The position numbers and the translations under genes are program-made. Source: an uncultured Gemmatimonadales bacterium (GTDB taxonomy: Bacteria; Gemmatimonadota; Gemmatimonadetes; Gemmatimonadales; GWC2-71-9). Taken from it: a stretch of 64,000 nucleotides of DNA. The notes beneath the pieces are model-generated. The model made no database searches and was not told where the DNA came from. It was given only the letters and a program-made list of their open reading frames with translations. Of this stretch, positions 18,530 through 27,080 are shown one piece after another. The DNA lies in NCBI GenBank assembly GCA_963795085.1, contig CAWCFX010000006.1:480001-544000 (forward strand), read 5' to 3'. Each line of letters begins with the position of its first letter. Position 1 is the stretch's first letter.

Positions 18530-19395
18530 CCCTCGACCAGGTTCGGCAGCAGCGCCGGCGGCGCCCGCCTCCCTCGCTCAAGCAGCAGTACCACGAGTAT
18601 GTGCTCCAGCGGATCGAAGGCTTCAAGAACTCGATTCCCCGGGAGGACCTGCTCCGCCTGGGCGATGAAGCCGTCTCCGAACTCAACGCCACCACCGAAG
18701 GGCAGTTCGTCCTCACCGAGGTGCTGATGCTGGACTGCGTGGACCGCCTGATCACCAAGCGGCTGGCCCTCAAGTCCTACCGGAAATGGCGGGAGCACTT
18801 CATGGGACTGCGGAAGGCCCAGCGGGAACCCAACCACTGGGGCCTCGGCGCCGGCCACGCCGTGGAGGCCGTCCTGCCCCGGGTCGAGCCGGGCGACCAC
18901 GTACTGGTGCTCGGCGCCGGCGCCGAAAGCGTCGCCTACCTGCTGGCCGCGCATGACGCCGCCGTCACCTTCGTGGGCGGCGACCTGAACCTGGTCGACC
19001 GGGTGGAGGCCCGCGTCGCGGCCGAATCGCTGGGCTCCCAGTTCCTGGCCTGGGTCGCGCACCTGGGCCACTGGTTCCCGGAGCTCGACGGCCCGGTCCA
19101 CCTGGCCGTGGTGGACGCCGGCATCCTGGTGGACCTCGATCCCCCCGATCGAGTGCGTCTCATGCAGGCACTGCAGCAGCGTACCGAGGTCGGGGGAGTG
19201 CACATGATCCTCCCCGGTGATCCATCCCTGGCCCCCGATGCGCTCCTGCCCTTCTACCCGGATTGGACTCGCGAACACCGAGGCGGCCGGAAGGGCGCGC
19301 GACCCTCGAGCGGGATCATACTTGCCAAGCCGTGTCCCAAGGACACAGATGAGGTCGTGTCCGAGGGACACGACCGGCGGTCCTTCCGTGGGTAA
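18523..19395 (+). CDS. Hypothetical protein with helical N-terminus and SAM-methyltransferase-like C-terminal fold
   Basis: Overlaps the CDF stop, has high-GC3 codons, and contains a motif I-like GDHVLVLGAG plus GGVH. Confidence 0.7.
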   Translation: MLTLDQVRQQRRRRPPPSLKQQYHEYVLQRIEGFKNSIPREDLLRLGDEAVSELNATTEGQFVLTEVLMLDCVDRLITKRLALKSYRKWREHFMGLRKAQREPNHWGLGAGHAVEAVLPRVEPGDHVLVLGAGAESVAYLLAAHDAAVTFVGGDLNLVDRVEARVAAESLGSQFLAWVAHLGHWFPELDGPVHLAVVDAGILVDLDPPDRVRLMQALQQRTEVGGVHMILPGDPSLAPDALLPFYPDWTREHRGGRKGARPSSGIILAKPCPKDTDEVVSEGHDRRSFRG

Positions 19396-19499
19396 GTAGT
19401 TGTAACATAAGGCTTTACAAATGACCACTTCCCGGCATACACGGTGCTTCAGGTAAGGAAAGATCTGAAGCGCGGTAAACCAGCAGCCGGAGAAGTCGC

Positions 19500-19667
19500 A
19501 TGACCAGCGTTCCTCGTATCAGCCAGGATGAACCCGTCGGCATCATCATCTCGAGCGGACGTGTCCCCCGGAAGCCCGCTGCGATCTGGGCCTACGTCTG
19601 GGCCAGCGACGAGGAAGAGGCGCAGGATCACTGGCACAAGCACATGCCGGCCGAGCGCGCCGCGTAA
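19500..19667 (+). CDS. 55-aa small protein missing from the ORF track
   Basis: GGAG RBS, ATG 19500 to TAA 19667: MTSVPRISQDEPVGIIISSGRVPRKPAAIWAYVWASDEEEAQDHWHKHMPAERAA. An intrinsic terminator follows. Confidence 0.7.
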   Translation: MTSVPRISQDEPVGIIISSGRVPRKPAAIWAYVWASDEEEAQDHWHKHMPAERAA

Positions 19668-19680
19668 CCTGCGCCGATCG

Positions 19681-19711
19681 AAGCCTCCGCCCTGAGGGCG
19701 GGGGCTTTTTT
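19681..19711 (+). terminator. Rho-independent terminator
   Basis: AAGCCTCCGCCC-TGA-GGGCGGGGGCTT followed by TTTT. Confidence 0.85.
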
Positions 19712-19749
19712 ATTTGCCATTGGTCCCCGGCCGCATGCATACTTAGACC

Positions 19750-22689
19750 ATGCCCTCCCTGACCATCAACGGAACCGCAATCCCGTTCGAGCCCGGCGCA
19801 TCCATCCTTGAAGCGGCGCGCCAGGCCGGCATCGATATCCCGACGCTCTGCTGGTACCCCCGGCTCAGCATCGTCGGTAACTGCCGGATCTGCCTGGTTT
19901 CCATCGCGGGCCAGAACAAGCTGGCGCCGGCCTGCGCGATCCCGGCGGCCGAGGGGATGGTGGTGGAATCGGAGTCGGCGGCCGCGGTCGCAAACCGGCG
20001 CAGCGTGCTCGGGCTGCTGCTGGAGCGTTATCCTGGCGACCACCTCGCCAACGGCGGGCGGGCCCATCCCGCCAATGAATTCGAACGCTACGTCGCGCGG
20101 TATGATGTCCCGGTGCGGCCGCGGCATGAACTGGGCCTCCGGGAGGGAGACGAGCGGCCTGGCGACGTGATGATCCAGCACGACATGAGCCTCTGCATCC
20201 TCTGCACCCGCTGCGTGCGGGCGTGCGAGGATATCCAGGAGGTGGGGGTCCTGGAAGTCGGCCTCCGGGGCGAGCATACCCAGATCGTGGTGGGCGGTGA
20301 CGGCGACCCCGACCATGCCGGGTGCACCTGGTGCGGGGAGTGCGTGCGGGTCTGTCCCACCAACGCGATCTTCGAGTTCATTCCCCGGGAGCGGTTCGGC
20401 GCCGAGGCCGTGATGCACCCCGACCGGACCGTGCGCTCGGTGTGCCCCTATTGCGGCGTCGGATGCCAGGTGGACCTCCAGGTCAAGGACGAAAAGCTGA
20501 TGCGGGTGACCTCACCCTGGATCGAGGAGGAGACTCCCAACCAGGGCTCGACCTGCGTCAAGGGCCGCTTCGGCTATGACTATCCGCAGCACCGGGATCG
20601 TCTCACCACGCCGCTGATCCGGAAGGGGTGGGAACAACGGGAGGGACGCTGGGTGTGGACCGGTGAATCGCCGCGGTACCGTGAAGGGCCCTGGGATACC
20701 ATCGAGGAGTCGGGGCAGAACCAGAAGCCGCGTCCGCCCGGCCGAAGCGTCGGCAAGGGCCGGCAGACCGGCCTGCCGGCCGTGGCGGACGGCGACATCC
20801 GCAACCGGGTGGCTACCCCCGCGGGCTGGTACCATCCGTTTCGCGAAGCCACCTGGGAAGAGGCGCTGAGCCTCACCGCGCAGGAGCTGCTGCGGATCAG
20901 GCGGGAGCGGGGGTCCAATGCCCTGGCGGCGCTGTCTTCCGCCAAGTGCAGCAACGAGGACAATTACGTCTTCATGCGGTTGGTGCGGGCGGCGCTGGGT
21001 ACCAACAACGTGGACCATTGCACCCGCCTGTGCCACTCAACTTCGGTCGCCGCGATGAGCCGCGCGATGAGCACCTCGGCGGCGTCCGGTTCCATGCGGG
21101 AGATCGAGGAGGCCTGCGACGTGATCTTCATCGCGGGGGCCAACACGACGGAATCGCACCCGGTCTTCGGCGCGCTGATCAAGCGGGCCGTGGCCAAGGG
21201 GGCCCGGCTGATCGTGGCGGACGTGCGCCGCACCGAGCTGGCCGGCCTGGCGGACATTCACCTGCAGATGCTCCCGGGCACCGATGTGGCGCTCTACTCC
21301 ACCATGCTCAACTGGATGATCCAGCAGGGACTGGTCAACCGGGAGTTCATCGAGGGACGTACCAGCGGGTATTCCGACCTGGAAGCCGCGGTCCGGCCGT
21401 ACAGCCTGTCCGTGGGGGAGCGGATCACCGGCATCCCGGGGGACCGGATCCGCGAGGCCGCCGAGATGTATGCCCGGGGGCCCAACACCTCGACCTTGTG
21501 GGCCATGGGACTGACCCAGCATGCCACCGGGACCGATATCGTGGCCAGCCTGCTGAACATGCTGCTGGCCGCGGGGATGATCGGCCGGTGGGGCGCCGCC
21601 ATGCTCCCGATCCGGGGCCAGAACAACGTGCAGGGCGCCAGCGACATGGGCTCCATCCCGTTCGCCTATACCGAGTACCGGGCGGTCACCGACCCGGCGG
21701 TGCGGGCCATCTTCGCGCGGGCGTGGGGGGTCCCGGAGGAATCGCTCTCCCTCGCCAACGGATTGATGGTGACCGAGATGACCAAGCTGGAGAACGGGGT
21801 CCGTGGCCTGTTCGTGATGGGCGAGAACCCGGTCATTTCCGATCCCGACATCGCCCACGCCGAGGAATGGGTCCGCGGGCTGGAGTTCCTCGCCGTGCAG
21901 GATCTCTTCCTCACCGAGACGGCGCGCTGGGCGGACGTGGTGCTCCCCGGGTCGTCGTTCGCGGAGAAGACCGGCACCTATGTCAACACCGAGCGGCGCA
22001 TCCAGCTGGCGGACGCCGCGCTCTCGCCGCCCGGGGCGGCCCGCACCGACCTGGAGATCCTGGTGGATCTCAGCAACCGGCTTGGGCTTCCCACCGGGTT
22101 CGCGGGGCCCGAGGCGGTGATGACAGAAATCGCCGCCGTGACACCGAGCTGGCGAGGCGTGAACTACCAGAACCTGCGCCCGGGCGGGCTTCAATACCCG
22201 GTGCTCACCCCGGATTCCCCTGGCACCCCGTACCTGTTCGCCGACCGCTTTCCCACCCAGGATGGGCGGGCCCGGCTGATCGCGGTGGAATACCTGCCGC
22301 CGTCGGAACTGCCCAGCGATGAGTACCCGTTCTTCCTCAACACCGGCCGGCAGATGTACCACTGGCACACCGGCACCATGACCCGACGGTCGGAGGGGCT
22401 GGATGCCCGGGAACCGGTCCCGGTGGTCGAGATGAACCGGGTGGACGCCCTGGCATTGGGCGTCGACGAAGGGGAAACCGTCCGGGTCACGTCCCGGCGC
22501 GGGTCAATTCTCATCGGAGTGCGGATCTCCGACCGGCAGGCCCGGGGCCAGGTCTTCATTCCCATGCATTACCGGGAAGCGGCCGCCAATCTGCTCACTA
22601 ACCCGGCTCTCGATCCGTACGCCAAGATCGCGTCGTTCAAGGTGAGCGCGGTCCGGGTGGAGAGGGCGGGGGTGCCGGCGCCGGTGTGA
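19750..22689 (+). CDS. fdhF: Formate dehydrogenase alpha subunit (Mo/W-bisPGD, Cys-type, with N-terminal Fe-S domains)
   Basis: 2Fe-2S motif (IPTLC...GNCRIC...PAC), CILCTRCVRAC, CTWCGECVRVCP, CPYCGVGC, NNVDHCTRLCH, RGQNNVQG and a C-terminal molydop-binding domain. Confidence 0.92.
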   Translation: MPSLTINGTAIPFEPGASILEAARQAGIDIPTLCWYPRLSIVGNCRICLVSIAGQNKLAPACAIPAAEGMVVESESAAAVANRRSVLGLLLERYPGDHLANGGRAHPANEFERYVARYDVPVRPRHELGLREGDERPGDVMIQHDMSLCILCTRCVRACEDIQEVGVLEVGLRGEHTQIVVGGDGDPDHAGCTWCGECVRVCPTNAIFEFIPRERFGAEAVMHPDRTVRSVCPYCGVGCQVDLQVKDEKLMRVTSPWIEEETPNQGSTCVKGRFGYDYPQHRDRLTTPLIRKGWEQREGRWVWTGESPRYREGPWDTIEESGQNQKPRPPGRSVGKGRQTGLPAVADGDIRNRVATPAGWYHPFREATWEEALSLTAQELLRIRRERGSNALAALSSAKCSNEDNYVFMRLVRAALGTNNVDHCTRLCHSTSVAAMSRAMSTSAASGSMREIEEACDVIFIAGANTTESHPVFGALIKRAVAKGARLIVADVRRTELAGLADIHLQMLPGTDVALYSTMLNWMIQQGLVNREFIEGRTSGYSDLEAAVRPYSLSVGERITGIPGDRIREAAEMYARGPNTSTLWAMGLTQHATGTDIVASLLNMLLAAGMIGRWGAAMLPIRGQNNVQGASDMGSIPFAYTEYRAVTDPAVRAIFARAWGVPEESLSLANGLMVTEMTKLENGVRGLFVMGENPVISDPDIAHAEEWVRGLEFLAVQDLFLTETARWADVVLPGSSFAEKTGTYVNTERRIQLADAALSPPGAARTDLEILVDLSNRLGLPTGFAGPEAVMTEIAAVTPSWRGVNYQNLRPGGLQYPVLTPDSPGTPYLFADRFPTQDGRARLIAVEYLPPSELPSDEYPFFLNTGRQMYHWHTGTMTRRSEGLDAREPVPVVEMNRVDALALGVDEGETVRVTSRRGSILIGVRISDRQARGQVFIPMHYREAAANLLTNPALDPYAKIASFKVSAVRVERAGVPAPV

Positions 22690-22808
22690 GCCTTGCCCCT
22701 CGCGGTTTCGAGCAGGAACAACAGCCATGTCACAAAAGCACGAACGTGCTTGAGCCCCCCGTCCCGTGACCCATAGCCGCTCCTCCCGAACGGAATGGCC
22801 CGGAGAAC

Positions 22809-22981
22809 ATGGAGCAAGGACTGTGTTTTCCTGGTGTTTCAGTCTCGGCTGTTGCCCTTTTTCCGTTCGCGCTTTCGTGGCAGGCAGCTACTTGTCCTGA
22901 CGGTGCCGGATGCCGGGCTCCCCCCGTGTCACCCGTCCGAACTGCCTCACCCGGAGAGAGTTGCCAAAGCCAGCCCTCCAC
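22809..22981 (-). ncRNA. Candidate rod-shaped ncRNA (6S RNA-like)
   Basis: Manual pairing of the minus strand gives nested helices over 173 nt: GTGGAG/CTCCAT, GGCTG/CAGTC, TCCG/CGGA, AGGCAGTT/AGCTGCCT, GACGG/CCGTC. A -10-like TAAGAAT lies just upstream. Confidence 0.3.
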
Positions 22982-23032
22982 GATGATTCTTAAGCGGCCA
23001 CCTTTCTGACTCACCACCTCCCCCGAGCCTGA

Positions 23033-24076
23033 ATGCGCGCGCTGGTCAAGGAAAAGGCGGGACCTGGCATGGTTCTGCGTGACGTGCCCAAGCCGGTCTG
23101 CCGACCCAACGACGTCCTGATCAAGGTGCATTACGCCGGGGTCTGCGGCACCGACCTGCACATCTGGGAGTGGGACGCCTGGGCGAGCGGGCGGCTCAGG
23201 CCGCCGGTGGTGATCGGGCACGAGTTCGCCGGGGCCATCGTCGAAATGGGCGAGGAGGCCGCCGCGGGCGGCCTGCTGGCGGTGGGCGACCTGGTGACCG
23301 CCGAGGGGCATATCGTGTGCGGCCATTGCATTCCTTGCCGCACCGGGGACGCCCACGTATGCCGCCGGACTCAGATCATCGGAGTGGACCGGGACGGGGC
23401 GTTCGCCGACTTCATCGCCATGCCCGCGTCCAACGTGATGCGGCTGAACGGAATCCGGCCCGAGATCGGCGCCATCATGGATCCTATCGGCAACGCGGTG
23501 CATACCGTGCTGGAGGGCGGCTCGCTGGCGGGGAGCGCCGTTATGGTGGTGGGATGCGGGCCGATCGGCTGCTTCGCCGTGGGCATCGCCCGGGCCGCCG
23601 GCGCCTCGCTCGTGATGGCCAGCGACCTGAACCCGACCCGCCTGGATATCGCCCGGACGATGGGCGCCCACGCGGTGATCGACCCGTCCCGGGAGGACGC
23701 GGTGGCGCGGGTCCGTGAGCTGACCAACGGCGATGGCGCCGACCTGGTCTGCGAAATGAGCGGGCATCCCAGCGGCCACGCCCAGGCCTTCGCGGTGGCC
23801 CGGCCCGGGGGACGGGTCAACATGCTGGGCACCCCCAGCCGCACCACCGAGGTAGACTTCGCGCGGGACGTCATCTTCAAGGGACTGACCGTTTACGGGG
23901 TCACCGGCCGGCGGATGTACGACACCTGGCAGCAGATGGGCCGGCTGCTCCGGGCCGGGCAGTTCGATCCCGCGCCGGTGATCACCCACCGCTTCCCGTT
24001 GGAAGGCATCGCCGAGGCGATCGGGGTGATCAAGGACGGGTCGGCGGGTAAAGTGATCCTGGAGGTGGGCACATGA
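23033..24076 (+). CDS. tdh: L-threonine 3-dehydrogenase
   Basis: GVCGTDLHI, IGHEF, EGHIVCGHCIPC, GCGPIG, GVTGRRMYDTW, and adjacency to kbl. Confidence 0.96.
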   Translation: MRALVKEKAGPGMVLRDVPKPVCRPNDVLIKVHYAGVCGTDLHIWEWDAWASGRLRPPVVIGHEFAGAIVEMGEEAAAGGLLAVGDLVTAEGHIVCGHCIPCRTGDAHVCRRTQIIGVDRDGAFADFIAMPASNVMRLNGIRPEIGAIMDPIGNAVHTVLEGGSLAGSAVMVVGCGPIGCFAVGIARAAGASLVMASDLNPTRLDIARTMGAHAVIDPSREDAVARVRELTNGDGADLVCEMSGHPSGHAQAFAVARPGGRVNMLGTPSRTTEVDFARDVIFKGLTVYGVTGRRMYDTWQQMGRLLRAGQFDPAPVITHRFPLEGIAEAIGVIKDGSAGKVILEVGT

Positions 24077-25272
24077 CCAATGCGCTGGAGGCCAGGCTCC
24101 TGGCGGACCTGGAGCGGTTCAAGGAGGATCGGGTTTACAAGACCTTCAACTACCTGGAGAGCCCGCAGGGCCCCCGGGTCACGATGGAGGGGCGCGGTGA
24201 AGTGGTCGTGCTCTCGTCCAACAACTACCTGGGCCTCAGCAACCACCCCGACATCGTCCAGGCCGGCAAGACGGCCCTCGACCGGCTGGGCGCCGGCACC
24301 GCTTCGGTGCGCTTCATCTGCGGCACCTTCGAGATCCACCGCGAACTCGAGCACGCCTGCGCCCGCCTGGTCGGGACCGAGGAATCGCTTTCATTCGTGA
24401 GTTGCTGGAACGCCAACGAGGCGGTGCCGGCCACCCTGCTCACCGAGAACGACCTGGTCCTGAGCGACCAGCTCAACCACGCTTCGATCATCGACGCCAT
24501 CCGGCTGGCCAAGTCCATTACCAAGTGCGAGACCGGGGTCTACCGGCACGCCGACCTGGCCGACCTGGAGTCGCGGCTGGCCGCCGCCACCGACCGCCAC
24601 GTCAAGCTGGTGATCACCGACGGGGTCTTCTCCATGGAGGGGAGCATCGCCCCCCTGCCCGACCTGCTGGCGGTCTGCCGGAAGCATGGCGCGATTCTCA
24701 TGGTGGATGATTCCCACGCCACCGGGGTGCTGGGACGCCATGGGAGGGGGACCGCGGAGCACTTTGGGATGATCGGCGAGATCGACATCATTACCTCCAC
24801 CCTGGGCAAGGCTCTGGGCGGCGCGGCCGGCGGGTTCGCCGCGGGATCGACCGCGGTGTGCGACTACCTGAGCCAGCGGGCCCGGCCCCAGCTCTTCTCC
24901 AATGCACTGCCGCCGACCGTCGCCGCCAGTTCGCTGGCGGCGGTGGAGTACCTCGAAGCGCACGAAGAACTGGTCACCTCGCTCCGCGACAACGCCTCCT
25001 ATTTTCGAGATCAGCTCCTCGCCCTCGGCTTCAAACCGCTGGCCGGCGAGACGCCGATCATCCCGGTGATCCTGGGCGAGACGTCCAAGGCGATCGAAAT
25101 GAGCAACCTGCTGCTCGAGCAGGGCGTCTTCGTCACCGGGTTCGGCTATCCGGTTGTGCCCCAGGGCCAGGCCCGTATCCGCTGCCAGATCTCGGCGGCC
25201 CATTCGCGGGATGACCTGGACTTCGTGCTGGATGCCATGAAGAAGGTGGGGATCCAGCTGGGCCTGATCTAG
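24073..25272 (+). CDS. kbl: Glycine C-acetyltransferase (2-amino-3-ketobutyrate CoA ligase)
   Basis: SNNYLGL, ASVRFICGT, NHASIID, DGVFSM, DDSHATG and the PLP lysine in TLGKALGG. ATGA overlap with tdh. Confidence 0.96.
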   Translation: MTNALEARLLADLERFKEDRVYKTFNYLESPQGPRVTMEGRGEVVVLSSNNYLGLSNHPDIVQAGKTALDRLGAGTASVRFICGTFEIHRELEHACARLVGTEESLSFVSCWNANEAVPATLLTENDLVLSDQLNHASIIDAIRLAKSITKCETGVYRHADLADLESRLAAATDRHVKLVITDGVFSMEGSIAPLPDLLAVCRKHGAILMVDDSHATGVLGRHGRGTAEHFGMIGEIDIITSTLGKALGGAAGGFAAGSTAVCDYLSQRARPQLFSNALPPTVAASSLAAVEYLEAHEELVTSLRDNASYFRDQLLALGFKPLAGETPIIPVILGETSKAIEMSNLLLEQGVFVTGFGYPVVPQGQARIRCQISAAHSRDDLDFVLDAMKKVGIQLGLI

Positions 25273-25292
25273 ACCCCTGAATGAGACACACC

Positions 25293-25327
25293 CGGCGCCC
25301 CCAACCACAGGGGCGCTGTTGTTTTTT
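25293..25327 (+). terminator. Rho-independent terminator of tdh-kbl
   Basis: CGGCGCCCC-loop-GGGGCGCTG followed by TTGTTTTTT. Confidence 0.8.
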
Positions 25328-25677
25328 GCAAGCCCATACACCCAAATGCCTTACCCGGACGGCGCCGAAGGGCTTGGCCGCCCCTGCCCAAACCAGGCAG
25401 ATTCGCCTGGCTTCCCCTCGACGCCTGAACGGCTAACTTCAAGTAGTTTCACACATGGGAGCCGCAAGCATAGTAAAATGAATGGCCTACGGAAATAACG
25501 GCTATCGCATTTTTTCGGTCTGGCTCCTATTTTGTAGCAGAGGAAGCCGAGGCACCCGGTTTGTCGGTTCCATAATGCAACAGCCACCAACAGGTTTGAG
25601 TCTTGCCGCTACACCGGTGACCGCTGTGGCGCCCCGAAGTGCCGGCCCGCCGGCGCACCCACCAGGGAGGTAGTCCG

Positions 25678-26367
25678 ATGAAGATGTTCACCCGTCTCGC
25701 GATGACGGCAGCGCTCGTGACGCTGATCAGTTCCGCCGCGGCCGCCCAGACCGGCGGACGCAACCCCTTCTCCTGGTACCTCGGCGCGCATGGCGGCGTC
25801 ATCATGTTCGAGACCCCGCGGCAGGAAACGGGAGCGATTCCGACGTTGGGGGGAAACCTGTTGATCACCGCACGGCGAACGGCCCTCTTGCTATCGGTGG
25901 AAGAAGGCATAGGGAACGATGAAGTATCAGGTTACGTCGACCCCAGCGCCCCCACGACCAATGGCTTTCGAGATGTCACCTTCAACGATATCAGGAAGTA
26001 TTCAGCGGCACTCTTGCTGTATCCACTGAAATCGCATGCCCAGCCCTTCCTGGGCTTCGGGTTGGGAATCATGCAGGTTCATAACCCGTCGCCGCAGGGG
26101 CCTTTTGCGACGATTGACGAGCAGGAAAATGCTCGATCGATTTCTCGCCAGCTGGGAAGCTATGGGTTCGCAAGCTTGATCGGGGGGCTGCAATTGCAGG
26201 TTGGCTCTGTCGCGTTATTCGGACAGTATCAGATCACGACTTCACCTGGCAGGGACGCCTCAACGAACAACAACAAGCTACTAACGGGACCGACGCATAC
26301 CCTGACGGGAGGAGTACGCTTCAGCCTGGGCAGCGCGAAGGAGGGCATCACGGGCGGGGGGTACTAG
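25678..26367 (+). CDS. Exported protein, probable outer-membrane beta-barrel
   Basis: GGAGG RBS, signal peptide ending AAA-Q, and amphipathic strands (PFLGFGLG, IGGLQLQV, LTGGVRFSL). Confidence 0.7.
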   Translation: MKMFTRLAMTAALVTLISSAAAAQTGGRNPFSWYLGAHGGVIMFETPRQETGAIPTLGGNLLITARRTALLLSVEEGIGNDEVSGYVDPSAPTTNGFRDVTFNDIRKYSAALLLYPLKSHAQPFLGFGLGIMQVHNPSPQGPFATIDEQENARSISRQLGSYGFASLIGGLQLQVGSVALFGQYQITTSPGRDASTNNNKLLTGPTHTLTGGVRFSLGSAKEGITGGGY

Positions 26368-26392
26368 CGGACGGACGGACCCAGGCAAACAA

Positions 26393-26430
26393 GAAAATGG
26401 CGAGCCCCACCACCGGGACTCGCCATTTTC
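26393..26430. terminator. Bidirectional terminator between convergent genes
   Basis: GAAAATGGCGAG...CTCGCCATTTTC forms a 12-bp inverted repeat with A/T tails. Confidence 0.8.
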
Positions 26431-26483
26431 CTGCCCGACCCACTGACCCTCCGTCCCACCTCCCACCCCCACTCTACTTCCTC

Positions 26484-27080
26484 TCACCGGCTCCTCCACT
26501 TCGACCCGGCCACCACAAACCGGAGCGGCCAGTCGGCTGCCTTGGTGATGCCGATCCGCGGGGTCACGGCGACGTCCTCCGGAGCCAGGGATGATCCGCT
26601 CACCACCTGGACTGGCGAGGCCTGCATCAGGCTCTGATCGAGCGCGCGGGTAATCCCCAACGCCTGGCAGAGCTTCCCGGGACCGTTACAGAGCAGCCGA
26701 TCGTCCTTCACGCCCCGGCGGCGGCGCATGGTCTCCAGACCCTCCACCGGCTCCAGGGCGCGGAGCAGCACCGCGGCACCTATGCCGTGGGAGGAACAGA
26801 CCAGGTTGGCGCACCAGTGAATGCCGTAGGAGAGATAGACGTACCAGCCGCCGGCGGGACCGTAGAGACCCTGGTTCATGGCGTTTTTCCGAAGCTGGTA
26901 GCCGTGGGACGCCGGGTCCTCCCGGCCCAGGTAGGCCTCGGTCTCCACGATCCGCCCGGCCGTCCGCCGGCCTCCAATGTCGCTGACGACCAGGGTACCC
27001 AGCAGCTCGCGGGCGACCGTTTCGGCGGGGCGGGTGAAAAACCGAACGGGCAGCACCTTCGCTGCCCGCTTCCGATCCAT
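26484..27080 (-). CDS. mpg: DNA-3-methyladenine glycosylase (MPG/AAG family)
   Basis: GRIVETEAYLG, YVYLSYGIHWCAN, AVLLRALEP, NGPGKLCQALGI and PRIGI. Confidence 0.95.
   Translation of the reverse strand: MDRKRAAKVLPVRFFTRPAETVARELLGTLVVSDIGGRRTAGRIVETEAYLGREDPASHGYQLRKNAMNQGLYGPAGGWYVYLSYGIHWCANLVCSSHGIGAAVLLRALEPVEGLETMRRRRGVKDDRLLCNGPGKLCQALGITRALDQSLMQASPVQVVSGSSLAPEDVAVTPRIGITKAADWPLRFVVAGSKWRSR

Noticed and set aside
19400..19427. dif site (minus strand TTATGTTACAA resembles a XerD arm)
   Set aside because: There is no XerC-like arm ending in ATAA at the 6-bp spacing.
21016..21036. Selenocysteine in formate dehydrogenase
   Set aside because: The active-site codon is TGC (Cys) and the ORF is uninterrupted.
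22860..22990. SAM-IV, glycine, ZTP or Moco riboswitch, SRP RNA or tRNA-Sec
   Set aside because: Only short fragments resemble each consensus and required elements are missing. The region is kept as an unassigned candidate RNA.
19750..25272. Functional link between fdhF and tdh-kbl via C1 metabolism
   Set aside because: The only support is adjacency. The genes are separated by 343 bp, with no glycine-cleavage or folate genes nearby.
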